Part shown: positions 26,457 through 35,802 of the stretch, one piece after another
Layout of the letters: each line of letters starts with the position of its first letter
Position numbering within the stretch: position 1 is the first letter of the stretch
Assembly (NCBI GenBank): GCA_964345385.1
Contig: CAYFQM010000003.1
Coordinates: 1 to 58,342, forward strand
Length of the DNA: 58,342 bases
Direction of reading: 5' to 3'
Source: an uncultured Clostridium sp.
GTDB lineage: Bacteria > Bacillota_I > Bacilli_A > RF39 > UBA660
Notes under the pieces: model-generated
Database searches by the model: none
Told to the model about the DNA's origin: nothing
The model's input: only the letters and a program-made list of their open reading frames with translations
Made by a program: the position numbers and the translations under genes

Positions 26457-27489
26457 CTTCTAAAATTAATGAATTTATTAAATCGTCTAAATCGCCGTCC
26501 ATAATTCTATCTAAATTTTTAACTGTATAATTTATTCTATGATCTGTTAATCTATTTTGAGGGTAATTATATGTTCTTATTTTTTCAGCTCTATCTCCTG
26601 TACCTATTTTTTTTCTTCTTTCTTTTCCTATTTTTTCTTCTTGCTCCATTTGTTTTAAGTCATATAATCTTGATACTAAAATTTGCATAGCTGTTTCTTT
26701 GTTTTTAATTTGACTTCTTCCTGATTGACAATATACTACTATTCCTGTAGGAATATGAGTTAATCTAACAGCTGAATCTGTTGTATTAACATGTTGACCT
26801 CCCGCTCCACTACTTCTAGTTATATCTACTCTAATTTCTTTTTCTTTAATTTCAAAATCAATAGGTTGTATTTCCGGCATCACTAAAACTGTTGCTGTAC
26901 TTGTATGTACTCTTCCTTGTGCTTCAGTTTCAGGAACTCTTTGTACTCTATGAACCCCGCTTTCATACTTTAATTTAGAATATACGTTTTCTCCGCCTAA
27001 CATAAATTCAATTCTTGAATATCCTCCACTTTCTCCATGTATTTCATAAGTTATTTCACTTTTCCATCCTTGTTTTTCTGCATATTTACTATACATTCTA
27101 AATAAATCTCCTGCAAAAATATTTCCTTCATCACCACCTGCTGCTCCTCTTATTTCTATGATTACATTTTTATTATCATGTGGATCTTTTGGCAACAATA
27201 AAACTCTTAACTTTTCTTCAGTTTCTTCCTTTTCTTTATTTAATACTTCCATTTCTTCAATAGCAAAATCTTTTGTATCAATATTTTGTATTAATTCTTT
27301 TGCTATTTCAATATCATTTTCTATCCTTAATAAATTTTTATATTCTATTACAATATCTTCTAACGATTGTTTTTCTATAGATATTTCTTTCATTATATTA
27401 TAATTGCCGTATACTTCTGGATCTAACAACTTTTTTGATAAATTATTATATTTTTCTACAATAAATTCTAATTTTTCTTTCATATTCAA
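26419..27489 (-). CDS. prfA: Peptide chain release factor 1
   Basis: 356 aa with the GGQ motif (SGAGGQHVN) and the PxT-type tripeptide region RVPETEAQGRVHTS. Confidence 0.97.
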   Translation of the reverse strand: MNMKEKLEFIVEKYNNLSKKLLDPEVYGNYNIMKEISIEKQSLEDIVIEYKNLLRIENDIEIAKELIQNIDTKDFAIEEMEVLNKEKEETEEKLRVLLLPKDPHDNKNVIIEIRGAAGGDEGNIFAGDLFRMYSKYAEKQGWKSEITYEIHGESGGYSRIEFMLGGENVYSKLKYESGVHRVQRVPETEAQGRVHTSTATVLVMPEIQPIDFEIKEKEIRVDITRSSGAGGQHVNTTDSAVRLTHIPTGIVVYCQSGRSQIKNKETAMQILVSRLYDLKQMEQEEKIGKERRKKIGTGDRAEKIRTYNYPQNRLTDHRINYTVKNLDRIMDGDLDDLINSLILEDERIKMEEENAR

Positions 27490-27552
27490 CCATAAAACAA
27501 TTAATAAATCATTAATTATTCCTTTCTTATTTAATTAAATTAGAAATAGTAG

Positions 27553-27996
27553 CTATAATCCATCTTCTTCTTCATAAGTTTCATCTACTATCACAAGGTC
27601 TTTTAAATCATCTTCACCTTTATCATCTTCAGCATCATCTACTTCATCATAATAAGTATTATCTTTTTCTTCTTGTAATTCTTCAATGTGAACCTCTATA
27701 TCTTCTTCATCATAATCTTCATCTAATTCTTTTATTGTTATTTCTAATGTATGGTTTTCTCTTAAATCCCAAAAACCATTACTTAATTGGATAAATCTTT
27801 TTTCGGTAGATAGCAAAGAAAAAAAATCACCAATTTTTTCTTCATATATTTTTTCATCTAAATTTTGCAAATCACATATAATTTTAAAAATTTCAGAAAT
27901 TTTCATTTTCTTGCCTTTTTCTTTCAAAATATGGTAAGCTAAATCATCATATGCCATGTTTTCTATTTCTTCTTTTGATATATTTTTTAAATTCAT
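27553..27996 (-). CDS. rpoE: RNA polymerase delta subunit
   Basis: HARE-HTH-like N-terminus (MAYDDLAYHILKEKGKKMKISEIF...FFSLLSTEKRFIQLSNGFWDLRE) plus a long acidic tail. Confidence 0.8.
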   Translation of the reverse strand: MNLKNISKEEIENMAYDDLAYHILKEKGKKMKISEIFKIICDLQNLDEKIYEEKIGDFFSLLSTEKRFIQLSNGFWDLRENHTLEITIKELDEDYDEEDIEVHIEELQEEKDNTYYDEVDDAEDDKGEDDLKDLVIVDETYEEEDGL

Positions 27997-28085
27997 GTTT
28001 TCTCCTTTTATAGCCTTTTCTTCTTACATTAAAATTATACATATATTTTTTAGAAAATCAATACCTTTTAAAAATAAAAGTAGTT

Positions 28086-28793
28086 TTAAAAATTTACTAC
28101 TTCTATATCATCGGTTTTTTTTGAAATTAAATTTACCACTTCTAGTTCTTTTTCTTTTTTTGGAATCAAATTTACTACTTCTAGTTCTTTTTCTTTTTCC
28201 TCAAAAAGTTCTGGAATTATACTTGAATATCCTTCTCTTACAGTTCCATCTAGTATTTCATATTTAAAGTCCTCTTCATTTAAAAAATGTTCTATAGTAT
28301 CTGTATAATCAGTTATAAAAGGAGTTATAGGTAAATCTCCATATTGTATACTCATTTCTTCTAAATTTTCGTAAGGAAGTTTTATATTTCCTTTTTTTGT
28401 TTCATCATGGACAAAAACTCCAGAATCTATAGGAACTTCAACGGTTGAAGATGTTTTCAAATCTTCTGTTTCATAATTTTTTTCTACATTTATTTCTTCT
28501 TCTATATTTTCTTTTTCTAATTTTTCTTTATATTCTTTTATATATTTTTCATCTACAATTAAAACTGGAATGGCTCTTAATCCTGCTAATATTGAAGCGG
28601 TATATCTCTTATTTCCATCTACTATATCATATTTATCGTTGTTTTTTGTCACCAAAATAGGGTTTGTTATTCCTTTTTCAATAATACTAGTTGTCATCTC
28701 ATTTAATTCATTACCTATAAAATCCGGATTTTCATCTGGCTTATTTATTTCGTTTATAGCAATATATTGTATATCTTTAAAGTTATCGTTCAT
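28086..28793 (-). CDS. ParB/Srx N-terminal-domain protein lacking an evident HTH or dimerisation domain, with a repeat-containing C-terminus
   Basis: ...EMTTSIIEKGITNPILVTKNNDKYDIVDGNKRYTASILAGLRAIPVLIVD is colinear with ParB boxes I-II, but GERRxRA is replaced by GNKRYTA. The C-terminus reads EKELEVVNLIPKK / EKELEVVNLISKK / TDDIEVVNF. Confidence 0.65.
   Translation of the reverse strand: MNDNFKDIQYIAINEINKPDENPDFIGNELNEMTTSIIEKGITNPILVTKNNDKYDIVDGNKRYTASILAGLRAIPVLIVDEKYIKEYKEKLEKENIEEEINVEKNYETEDLKTSSTVEVPIDSGVFVHDETKKGNIKLPYENLEEMSIQYGDLPITPFITDYTDTIEHFLNEEDFKYEILDGTVREGYSSIIPELFEEKEKELEVVNLIPKKEKELEVVNLISKKTDDIEVVNF
28090..28206. repeat. 39-bp tandem repeat x3 (third copy diverged) encoding the ParB-like C-terminus
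   Basis: aaatttac(t/c)acttcta... starts at 28090, 28129 and 28168, giving a 39-nt period. Confidence 0.85.
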
Positions 28794-28861
28794 ATTATTC
28801 TTTTCCCTATTCTATTAATAATTTTAAAATAAAACTAATTAATAATCAAGTGTTTACTTTT

Positions 28862-30727
28862 TTAAATTTTATCGTTTTTATATTCTTTTTTTAAATATAC
28901 TAGTAACATAGTTATATCAGAAGGATTAACTCCACTTATTCTAGATGCTTGTCCTATAGTATTAGGATTTACTTGAATTAGTTTTTGTTTTGCTTCTGTA
29001 GCTATATTAGAAACTTTATTATAATCAATATCATTTGGAATTTGTTTTTCTTCTAATTTCAGCATTTTTTCTACTTCTTTTTGTGTTTTTTTAATATATC
29101 CTTCATACTTTATATCTATTTCTAATGCACTTAAAATATCATCATCTATTCTTATTTTTAAATGCTTTAATAAATCTTTTAAGTTTACTTCTGGCCTTTT
29201 TATTAATTCAATTAATTTTATTTTTCTATTAAAAGAAGAATTAATTTTTTTCATATATTCTTTATTTCTTTTATTTACCAAAAAATATTCTTCTTTGAAA
29301 TAATCCTTCGATATTTGCAATTCTACTTTTTTATGTCTATAATATTTATATTTATCATCATCTAATAAACCTACTTTTTTTCCATATTCAGATAATCTAA
29401 ACATTGCATTATCATGTCTTAATAATAATCTAAATTCCGCTCTTGAAGTTAATAACCTATATGGTTCTGTTATCCCTTTATTTATTAAATCATCAATTAA
29501 AACTCCAATATACGCTTCATTTCTTTTTAAAATAAATGGTTCTTTTTTGTTAAGTTTTAATACAGCATTTATGCCCGCAATTAACCCTTGAGCTGCTGCT
29601 TCCTCATATCCACTTGTTCCATTAATTTGTCCTGCTGTAAATAAATTTTCTATAATTTTACTTTCTAAAGTTAGTTTTAAATCAACTGGATTAAAAGCAT
29701 CATATTCAATTGCATATCCATATTTAGTTATTATTGCTTTTTCTAGTCCTTTTATAGTGTGAATCATATCTTCTTGTATTTCATGTGGCATAGTTGTGGA
29801 AAAGCCGCTTACATAATATTCTATGTCTTCTTCCCTTTCGGGTTCTAGAAAAATTTGGTGTTTATCTTTGTCTTTAAATTTGACTATTTTATCTTCAAGA
29901 GAAGGACAATATCTTGGTCCTATTCCATCAATCATTCCACTATATAAAGAACATTTATCTAAATTATCTAATATTATTTTATGTGTTTTTTCATTTGTGT
30001 ATGTCAAATAACAAGATTTTTGTTTTTTTATTTCATATGTTGGCTTGTAAAAATTACTAAAAGATAATAATATATCATCTCCTTTTTCTTCTTTCATCAC
30101 ATCAAAATTTATAGAAGTTTTCAATACTCTTGGAGGAGTACCTGTTTTTAGTCTTATAGAGCGAAGTCCATGTTTTTTTAAAGATTCACTTAATTTAGAA
30201 CTTGTTTTTTCTCCGTGTGGTCCTGATTTAATTTTATTGTGCCCACACAATATATCTGAATTTAAATATGTTCCTGTAGCTATAATTAATATTCTACACT
30301 TTAATATTTCTTTTTCGTGAGTTATTACCCCTTTTATTGTGTTTTTTTCTACTATTATTTCATCTACAAAAGCCTCTTTTAATTCTAAATTTTTAGTGTT
30401 TTTTAATGTTTGTATCATTTCTTCAGGATATTTGTCTTTACATCCTTGCGCTCTTAAAGATCTAACACCTGGACCTTTTTTTATATTTAACATTTTTATT
30501 TGTAAATGAGTTTTATCTATGTTATAACCCATTTCTCCACCTAAAGCGTCTATTTCTCTAACTACTATTCCTTTTGCAGAACCACCTATAGATGGATTAC
30601 ATGGCATGTCAGCTATATTTTTTATATTTCCGGTTATTAACAAAGTTTTTTTATTCATACGTGCTGTTGCTAATGCCGCTTCACATCCTGCATGCCCTGC
30701 TCCTACTACAATAACGTCATATTTCAT
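28862..30727 (-). CDS. mnmG: tRNA uridine 5-carboxymethylaminomethyl modification enzyme MnmG (GidA)
   Basis: YDVIVVGAGHAGCEAA FAD motif and a full-length GidA layout. I prefer the ATG at 30725-30727 over the upstream TTG. Confidence 0.95.
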   Translation of the reverse strand: MKYDVIVVGAGHAGCEAALATARMNKKTLLITGNIKNIADMPCNPSIGGSAKGIVVREIDALGGEMGYNIDKTHLQIKMLNIKKGPGVRSLRAQGCKDKYPEEMIQTLKNTKNLELKEAFVDEIIVEKNTIKGVITHEKEILKCRILIIATGTYLNSDILCGHNKIKSGPHGEKTSSKLSESLKKHGLRSIRLKTGTPPRVLKTSINFDVMKEEKGDDILLSFSNFYKPTYEIKKQKSCYLTYTNEKTHKIILDNLDKCSLYSGMIDGIGPRYCPSLEDKIVKFKDKDKHQIFLEPEREEDIEYYVSGFSTTMPHEIQEDMIHTIKGLEKAIITKYGYAIEYDAFNPVDLKLTLESKIIENLFTAGQINGTSGYEEAAAQGLIAGINAVLKLNKKEPFILKRNEAYIGVLIDDLINKGITEPYRLLTSRAEFRLLLRHDNAMFRLSEYGKKVGLLDDDKYKYYRHKKVELQISKDYFKEEYFLVNKRNKEYMKKINSSFNRKIKLIELIKRPEVNLKDLLKHLKIRIDDDILSALEIDIKYEGYIKKTQKEVEKMLKLEEKQIPNDIDYNKVSNIATEAKQKLIQVNPNTIGQASRISGVNPSDITMLLVYLKKEYKNDKI

Positions 30728-30732
30728 GTTTC

Positions 30733-32076
30733 CTACTTTCCTAAGCAAAACTTACTAAATATTTCATCTAGTATTTCTTCATTATATGTTTCTCCTAATA
30801 ATTCATTTAATATATTCCACATTTCTTTTACATCTATTTCTATTATATCTATTGGCATATTACTATTGATTGCTTTTTCAATGTTTTGGCCTGTTTTTTT
30901 ACATTTTTTTAATAATGCTATTTGTCTTGCATTAGATAAATATATTTCATCATAATCTATTTCATTAAGTTTTAAAATGTTTACAATCATATTTTTTAAT
31001 TCTTCTATATTTTTTTTATTTAAAGCTGACACAAAAATAGAATCAAATTCTTCTAGTTCTTTTTTTATTTTATTGTTAATGTCAGATTTATTATAAACCA
31101 CTAACACATTTTTGTTTTTTATTTTTTTTAATATTTCAAAATCTTCTTTATTAAACTCTGTTTCATCTAATACAAATAATATTAAATTTGCTTCTTCTAT
31201 AGCATTTATACTCTTTTCTACTCCTATTTTTTCTACTTTGTCTTTTGTCTCTCTAATACCCGCTGTATCTAACAATTTAACCTTAATTCCTTGAATTAAT
31301 AAAGTTCCTTCTACAATATCTCTAGTAGTTCCCTTTATTTCTGTTACAATTGCTTTTTCTTCATTTAATAATGCATTTAATAAACTGCTTTTACCAACAT
31401 TGGGTTTTCCAATTATAGCTATTTTTATTCCATTTTTTATAATTAAACCTTTTTCGCTAGTATTTATCAATTTTTCTATTTCTTTTTGTATTTTTTTTAT
31501 TATTTTATGTATTTTTTCTTTTGTTATTATCTCTGCATCTTCATATTCAGGATAATCTATGTTTACTTCTATATTTCCTATTAAAAAAGTTAGTTCGTTT
31601 TTTATTTTTTTTATAATTTTAGTTATTTTATTATTTAATCCATTAATTGCTTGTTTTCTTTCTATTTCAGTAGATGCATTAATTAAATCATTTACAGCTT
31701 CTGCTTCTGTTAAATTTATTCTTCCATTTAAAAACGCTCTTTTTGTAAATTCTCCTTTTTTAGCTATTCTACAATTATTTAATATTAATAATTCCATTAT
31801 TTTATTTACACATGCTTCTCCTCCATGTGAATTTATTTCAACTATATTTTCTTTAGTATACGTTTTTGGAGCACGAAAAATAGATACTAATACTTCATCA
31901 ATTATTTCTTTTTTATCAACTATATGTCCATAAGTAATAGTATGTGTTTCTTTGTCTAATATATCTTTATCAAAAATATTGTTAACTATATCTATTGCTT
32001 CTTTTCCACTAATTCTTATAACATTAATAGAACTATTTCCAACACAAGTAGATATTGCACATATTGTATCTTCCAT
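30733..32076 (-). CDS. mnmE: tRNA modification GTPase MnmE (TrmE)
   Basis: GKPNVGKSSLLN, DTAGIR and NKSD G-motifs, with C-terminal CLGK. Confidence 0.95.
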   Translation of the reverse strand: MEDTICAISTCVGNSSINVIRISGKEAIDIVNNIFDKDILDKETHTITYGHIVDKKEIIDEVLVSIFRAPKTYTKENIVEINSHGGEACVNKIMELLILNNCRIAKKGEFTKRAFLNGRINLTEAEAVNDLINASTEIERKQAINGLNNKITKIIKKIKNELTFLIGNIEVNIDYPEYEDAEIITKEKIHKIIKKIQKEIEKLINTSEKGLIIKNGIKIAIIGKPNVGKSSLLNALLNEEKAIVTEIKGTTRDIVEGTLLIQGIKVKLLDTAGIRETKDKVEKIGVEKSINAIEEANLILFVLDETEFNKEDFEILKKIKNKNVLVVYNKSDINNKIKKELEEFDSIFVSALNKKNIEELKNMIVNILKLNEIDYDEIYLSNARQIALLKKCKKTGQNIEKAINSNMPIDIIEIDVKEMWNILNELLGETYNEEILDEIFSKFCLGK

Positions 32077-32139
32077 TATACTCCTTTTCTTTCTACAAGA
32101 TTATAGCATATTCACTTAAAATAGTAAATAAAAAGAAGA

Positions 32140-32757
32140 CTAATCTTCTTTGTTTTCTGTATATTTAATAATTACATATCTATTTGGTTCTTCTCCTTCA
32201 CTAACTGATTTAACATATTTAAAATTTTGTAAAGCAGAATGAACTATTTTTCTTTCATAACTATTCATTGGATCTAACTTTATTTCTCCTTTAGATAATG
32301 TTACTTCTCTTGCTAATTTTTTTATTTTTTTCTCTAAAAAATAATTTTGTTTTTGTTTATAACCTTGAATGTCTATTTGTATATTAATATAAAAATCTGA
32401 AGCAGTATATATAGCTTGCCTAATATATGTTTGTATAGAATCTAATATATGCCCTCTTTTTCCAATTAATCCAACACTATCTTTTGTGATTATTTCATAT
32501 TTTATTACTTTATCTCTTATTTTAACTTCTATATTTGTTCTTTTACCCATATAATTAAATAATTCTAATAATAAATTTTTTCCATATTCAGCCATATCTT
32601 TTAATTTAACAACCTCTAAACTATGTTTTTTTCCAAATAATCCGTTTTTTTCTTCATATGATTTTGTTAAAATTTCATCTTCTGTTACATTTAATTCTTC
32701 TAAAACTTTTTCTATAGATATCTCCTTGTTTTTAGATTGAAATGAATATTTTTGCAT
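32140..32757 (-). CDS. khpB: Jag/KhpB RNA-binding protein (Jag_N, KH and R3H domains)
   Basis: 205 aa. GLIGKRGHILDSIQ (KH) and MNSYERKIVHSAL (R3H). It occupies the canonical position after yidC. Confidence 0.85.
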   Translation of the reverse strand: MQKYSFQSKNKEISIEKVLEELNVTEDEILTKSYEEKNGLFGKKHSLEVVKLKDMAEYGKNLLLELFNYMGKRTNIEVKIRDKVIKYEIITKDSVGLIGKRGHILDSIQTYIRQAIYTASDFYINIQIDIQGYKQKQNYFLEKKIKKLAREVTLSKGEIKLDPMNSYERKIVHSALQNFKYVKSVSEGEEPNRYVIIKYTENKED

Positions 32758-32758
32758 A

Positions 32759-33679
32759 TTATACCCTTCCTTTCTTTAAAATTATATTTTGTAATATAGT
32801 AAAACCGTTCGATACTATCCAATACAAAGCAATAGCTGTTGGTAAACTAAATGATGTAAATACAATAAACACCATCATAAATTTTGTCATCATTTGTTGC
32901 TGTTTCTCTTGTTGACTATCTATACTTATTGATGTATTCATATTTTTAAAAGAAAAATATGTAGCTACAGCTATCAATACTATTAATATAGCATAATAAT
33001 AATTTCCCATTTTAAATCCTTCAATTGGTGTTGTTCCTAAATTAAATTTCCAAAACTGTTCTTCAAAAAAGGCAGGAATTCTATATATTGCTTCTAAAAA
33101 AGCAAAAAAGATAGGCATTTGTAAAAAAGCAACTAAACATCCAGAAAAAGGACTAATATTATGTTTTTTGTATATTAACATCATTTCTTGACTTTTCATT
33201 ATCATAGAATCTTTGTCTTCTTTTCCTTTATATTTTTTTTCTAAAGTATCTAAATCTTTTTGAGCTTTTTGTAAATTAGTAGACATATTTAATGATTTTT
33301 TAGATAAAGGAAACATAACAGCTCTTAAAATAAATCCTAAAATCATTATTGATAATCCATAATTTTTTACTAATAAACCTAATTTTATTATTAACCATGA
33401 TAATGGTTTAACAAAAAAACTCGTCCATAATCCTTCATATTTTCCAGAATTAATTTTGAAATTTTCACAATTAGGTAATTCTTCAATATTTATTAATAAT
33501 TTTTCTTCATTTTCTTCATATATTTTTTTTAATTTTTCACTTGTTGGCTTACACATTATATTAGATACATATGTTTTAGTAGAATTATCACTTTCTTTAA
33601 CTGTAAAACGTTTAGTACACCCAGTTACTAACATTATTAATATTATTAATACAATTATTTTTTTATTCATTTTCTTCAC
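32759..33679 (-). CDS. yidC: Membrane protein insertase YidC/SpoIIIJ (lipoprotein type)
   Basis: Lipobox LVTGC. Conserved ...MLIYKKHNISPFSGCLVAFLQMPIFFAF... core. Confidence 0.9.
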   Translation of the reverse strand: MKKMNKKIIVLIILIMLVTGCTKRFTVKESDNSTKTYVSNIMCKPTSEKLKKIYEENEEKLLINIEELPNCENFKINSGKYEGLWTSFFVKPLSWLIIKLGLLVKNYGLSIMILGFILRAVMFPLSKKSLNMSTNLQKAQKDLDTLEKKYKGKEDKDSMIMKSQEMMLIYKKHNISPFSGCLVAFLQMPIFFAFLEAIYRIPAFFEEQFWKFNLGTTPIEGFKMGNYYYAILIVLIAVATYFSFKNMNTSISIDSQQEKQQQMMTKFMMVFIVFTSFSLPTAIALYWIVSNGFTILQNIILKKGRV

Positions 33680-33989
33680 CTTCTAATATTTTTTTTATTT
33701 CACTACTTATTTCATTATATGATTTTTCTTTAATGCCACTTCTTAGTATTATAACATAATCTGTAGAGTTATTAAATTTATTTTTCATCAAAATATCTTT
33801 TACTCTTCTTTTGTATAAATTTCTGACATTTGCTTTTCCAATTTTTTTATTAACACTTACACAATATCTGTTATAATTTAAATTGTTTTTTGTATAATAT
33901 ATTATAAATATTTCATTTATACTTTTTTTATTATTATTTATTATTTTTTTTATTTCTTCATTTTTTTTAATAATAAATTTTTTATTCAT
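33663..33989 (-). CDS. rnpA: Ribonuclease P protein component
   Basis: Start at the ATG at 33987-33989, behind a GGAGATAT SD. A basic 108-aa protein ...VSVNKKIGKANVRNLYKRRVKDI. It overlaps the yidC start, as is usual. Confidence 0.8.
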   Translation of the reverse strand: MNKKFIIKKNEEIKKIINNNKKSINEIFIIYYTKNNLNYNRYCVSVNKKIGKANVRNLYKRRVKDILMKNKFNNSTDYVIILRSGIKEKSYNEISSEIKKILEGEENE

Positions 33990-34025
33990 AATATCTCCGT
34001 TCTTTAAAATTATAACACGAATCAC

Positions 34026-34255
34026 TTAAAATATAAATTATTATTAACATTTTATAAACAACAAATTACGTGTTAATAATAAAAATGTTAATATGTTTAT
34101 AACTTGTTTTATTTATTTTATTTGTTTCAAAAAAATGTTTACAATTTGTTAATATGTTGTTATTATAAATGTTAATAATTTTTTTACCTTTATTTAATAA
34201 CAAAAATATTTTATAATTTTAGTATAAATGGTGAAAAATATTTTAACAAAAGGAT
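34026..34255. promoter_or_regulatory. oriC left part: cluster of degenerate DnaA-box-like 9-mers (TGTTAATAA/TGTTTATAA family) plus the dnaA promoter region
   Basis: 9-mers at 34041 (ttattaaca), 34052 (ttataaaca), 34071 (tgttaataa), 34086 (tgttaatat), 34094 (tgtttataa), 34136 (tgtttacaa), 34147 (tgttaatat) and 34170 (tgttaataa). TTATTAACA matches TTATCCACA at 7 of 9 positions. Confidence 0.6.
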
Positions 34256-34264
34256 GTGAATATA

Positions 34265-35668
34265 ATGGATGTAAATTGTATTTGGAATGATTTTTTAAAT
34301 ATTATTAAAAATCAAATTTCTCCTATTTCATTAAACCTTTGGTTTAAATATAGTAAACTATATAAATTAGAAAATAATCAAGCTACTATTTTAATTACAT
34401 CAGATAATATTAACAAAGAAAGATTTGTACAAAGTTTAATTAAAAATTATTCTACTATTATTAAAGAAATTTTAGATTCTTTAACTGAATCTGATAATGA
34501 ATTAATTTTTATTACTGAAGAACCTATAGATGAAAAAAATAATACTATTGAATTTGAAGAAAATAAAAATAATATTACAAATGAAGAAACTTTAGATAAT
34601 TTTGATAATTATAAATATTATAATTATTTTAATCCTAAATATACTTTTGATACTTTTGTTGTTGGTGATTCAAATAAATTAGCATATAATTCCGCTCTTA
34701 CTGTTGCAAAAAAACCAGGAAAATTATACAATCCGTTTTTTATATATGGTAAAAGTGGTTTAGGGAAAACCCATTTAATGCATGCTATAGGAAATTATAT
34801 TACTAATAATAGCAATTTAAAAGTGTTATATATAACATCAGAACAATTTTTAAATGATTATGTTTCAATGAACAAAGACAAAAAGAAAAATAATGCTTCT
34901 TATTATGAAGCTTTTAGAAAAAAATATAGAAATGTTGATGTTTTAATGATAGATGATATACAATTTTTAAAATCTGCACCTGGAACTCAAATCGAATTTA
35001 CTAATACTTTTAATTCTTTATATGATAATGATAAGCAAATAATTATTAGCTCTGATACATCTGTAAAAGATTTAGAATATTTAGAAGATAGACTTAAAAC
35101 AAGATTTTTAGGAGGGCTTACTGAATGTATATATCCCCCTGATTATCACTTAAAAAAAGAAATAATAACTAATAAAATTAAATTATATAATTATCCAATT
35201 GAAATAAATGATGAAATTATTGATTATATGGCTAACAATTGTGGAAATGATGTTAGAAATTTAGAAGGTGCTCTTACAAGATTAATAGCTTATTCTGCTA
35301 CTTTTAGCAAAAAAGATTTAACTTTAAAAGAAGCAAAAGATGCTTTAATAGAATATACTAGTAATCCTTCACAATATAGAGAACTCTCAAATGTAAAAAA
35401 AATAATAAGTGAAGTTGCTAAATATTATAATTTAGATGAAGATTTAATTATTGGAAAACTTAGAAAGAAAAATATTGTTTTAGCTAGATCTGTTGCCATG
35501 TACTTATCTAGAATTCATACTTTTGAAACAGTAGAAAGAATAGGTGCTCTTTTTGGAGGTAAAAATCATTCAACAGTAATACATGGAGCCAATAAAATTA
35601 TGGAAGAAATTAAAACTAATAAAAAATTAGAAAATGATATAAAAATATTAACAGAAAGAATTTTTTAA
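34265..35668 (+). CDS. dnaA: Chromosomal replication initiator protein DnaA
   Basis: GKSGLGKTHLMHAIGN Walker A, MIDDIQF, a domain IV ...GGKNHSTVIHGANKI. I chose the ATG at 34265 (AAAGGA SD) over the GTG at 34256. Confidence 0.97.
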   Translation: MDVNCIWNDFLNIIKNQISPISLNLWFKYSKLYKLENNQATILITSDNINKERFVQSLIKNYSTIIKEILDSLTESDNELIFITEEPIDEKNNTIEFEENKNNITNEETLDNFDNYKYYNYFNPKYTFDTFVVGDSNKLAYNSALTVAKKPGKLYNPFFIYGKSGLGKTHLMHAIGNYITNNSNLKVLYITSEQFLNDYVSMNKDKKKNNASYYEAFRKKYRNVDVLMIDDIQFLKSAPGTQIEFTNTFNSLYDNDKQIIISSDTSVKDLEYLEDRLKTRFLGGLTECIYPPDYHLKKEIITNKIKLYNYPIEINDEIIDYMANNCGNDVRNLEGALTRLIAYSATFSKKDLTLKEAKDALIEYTSNPSQYRELSNVKKIISEVAKYYNLDEDLIIGKLRKKNIVLARSVAMYLSRIHTFETVERIGALFGGKNHSTVIHGANKIMEEIKTNKKLENDIKILTERIF

Positions 35669-35802
35669 CATATTTAACAAAATTATAAACATTTAAATAA
35701 TACAATTTTTATTTAAAAATAATATAATATTTAACTTATTAACATAAAAACAATGTATAATAATAATATTAATTAATATAAAATATAAAAAAAGGAGGAA
35801 TT
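35669..35802. promoter_or_regulatory. oriC right part: dnaA-dnaN spacer with DnaA-box-like 9-mers and an extremely AT-rich candidate unwinding region
   Basis: ttataaaca at 35683-35691 and ttattaaca at 35736-35744. Almost pure A/T between and after them. Confidence 0.5.

Noticed and set aside
28090-28206. Regularly spaced 39-bp repeats as a possible CRISPR or other non-coding array
   Set aside because: The repeats are contiguous with no spacers, are in frame inside the ParB-like ORF and encode a 13-aa protein repeat. No cas genes are present.
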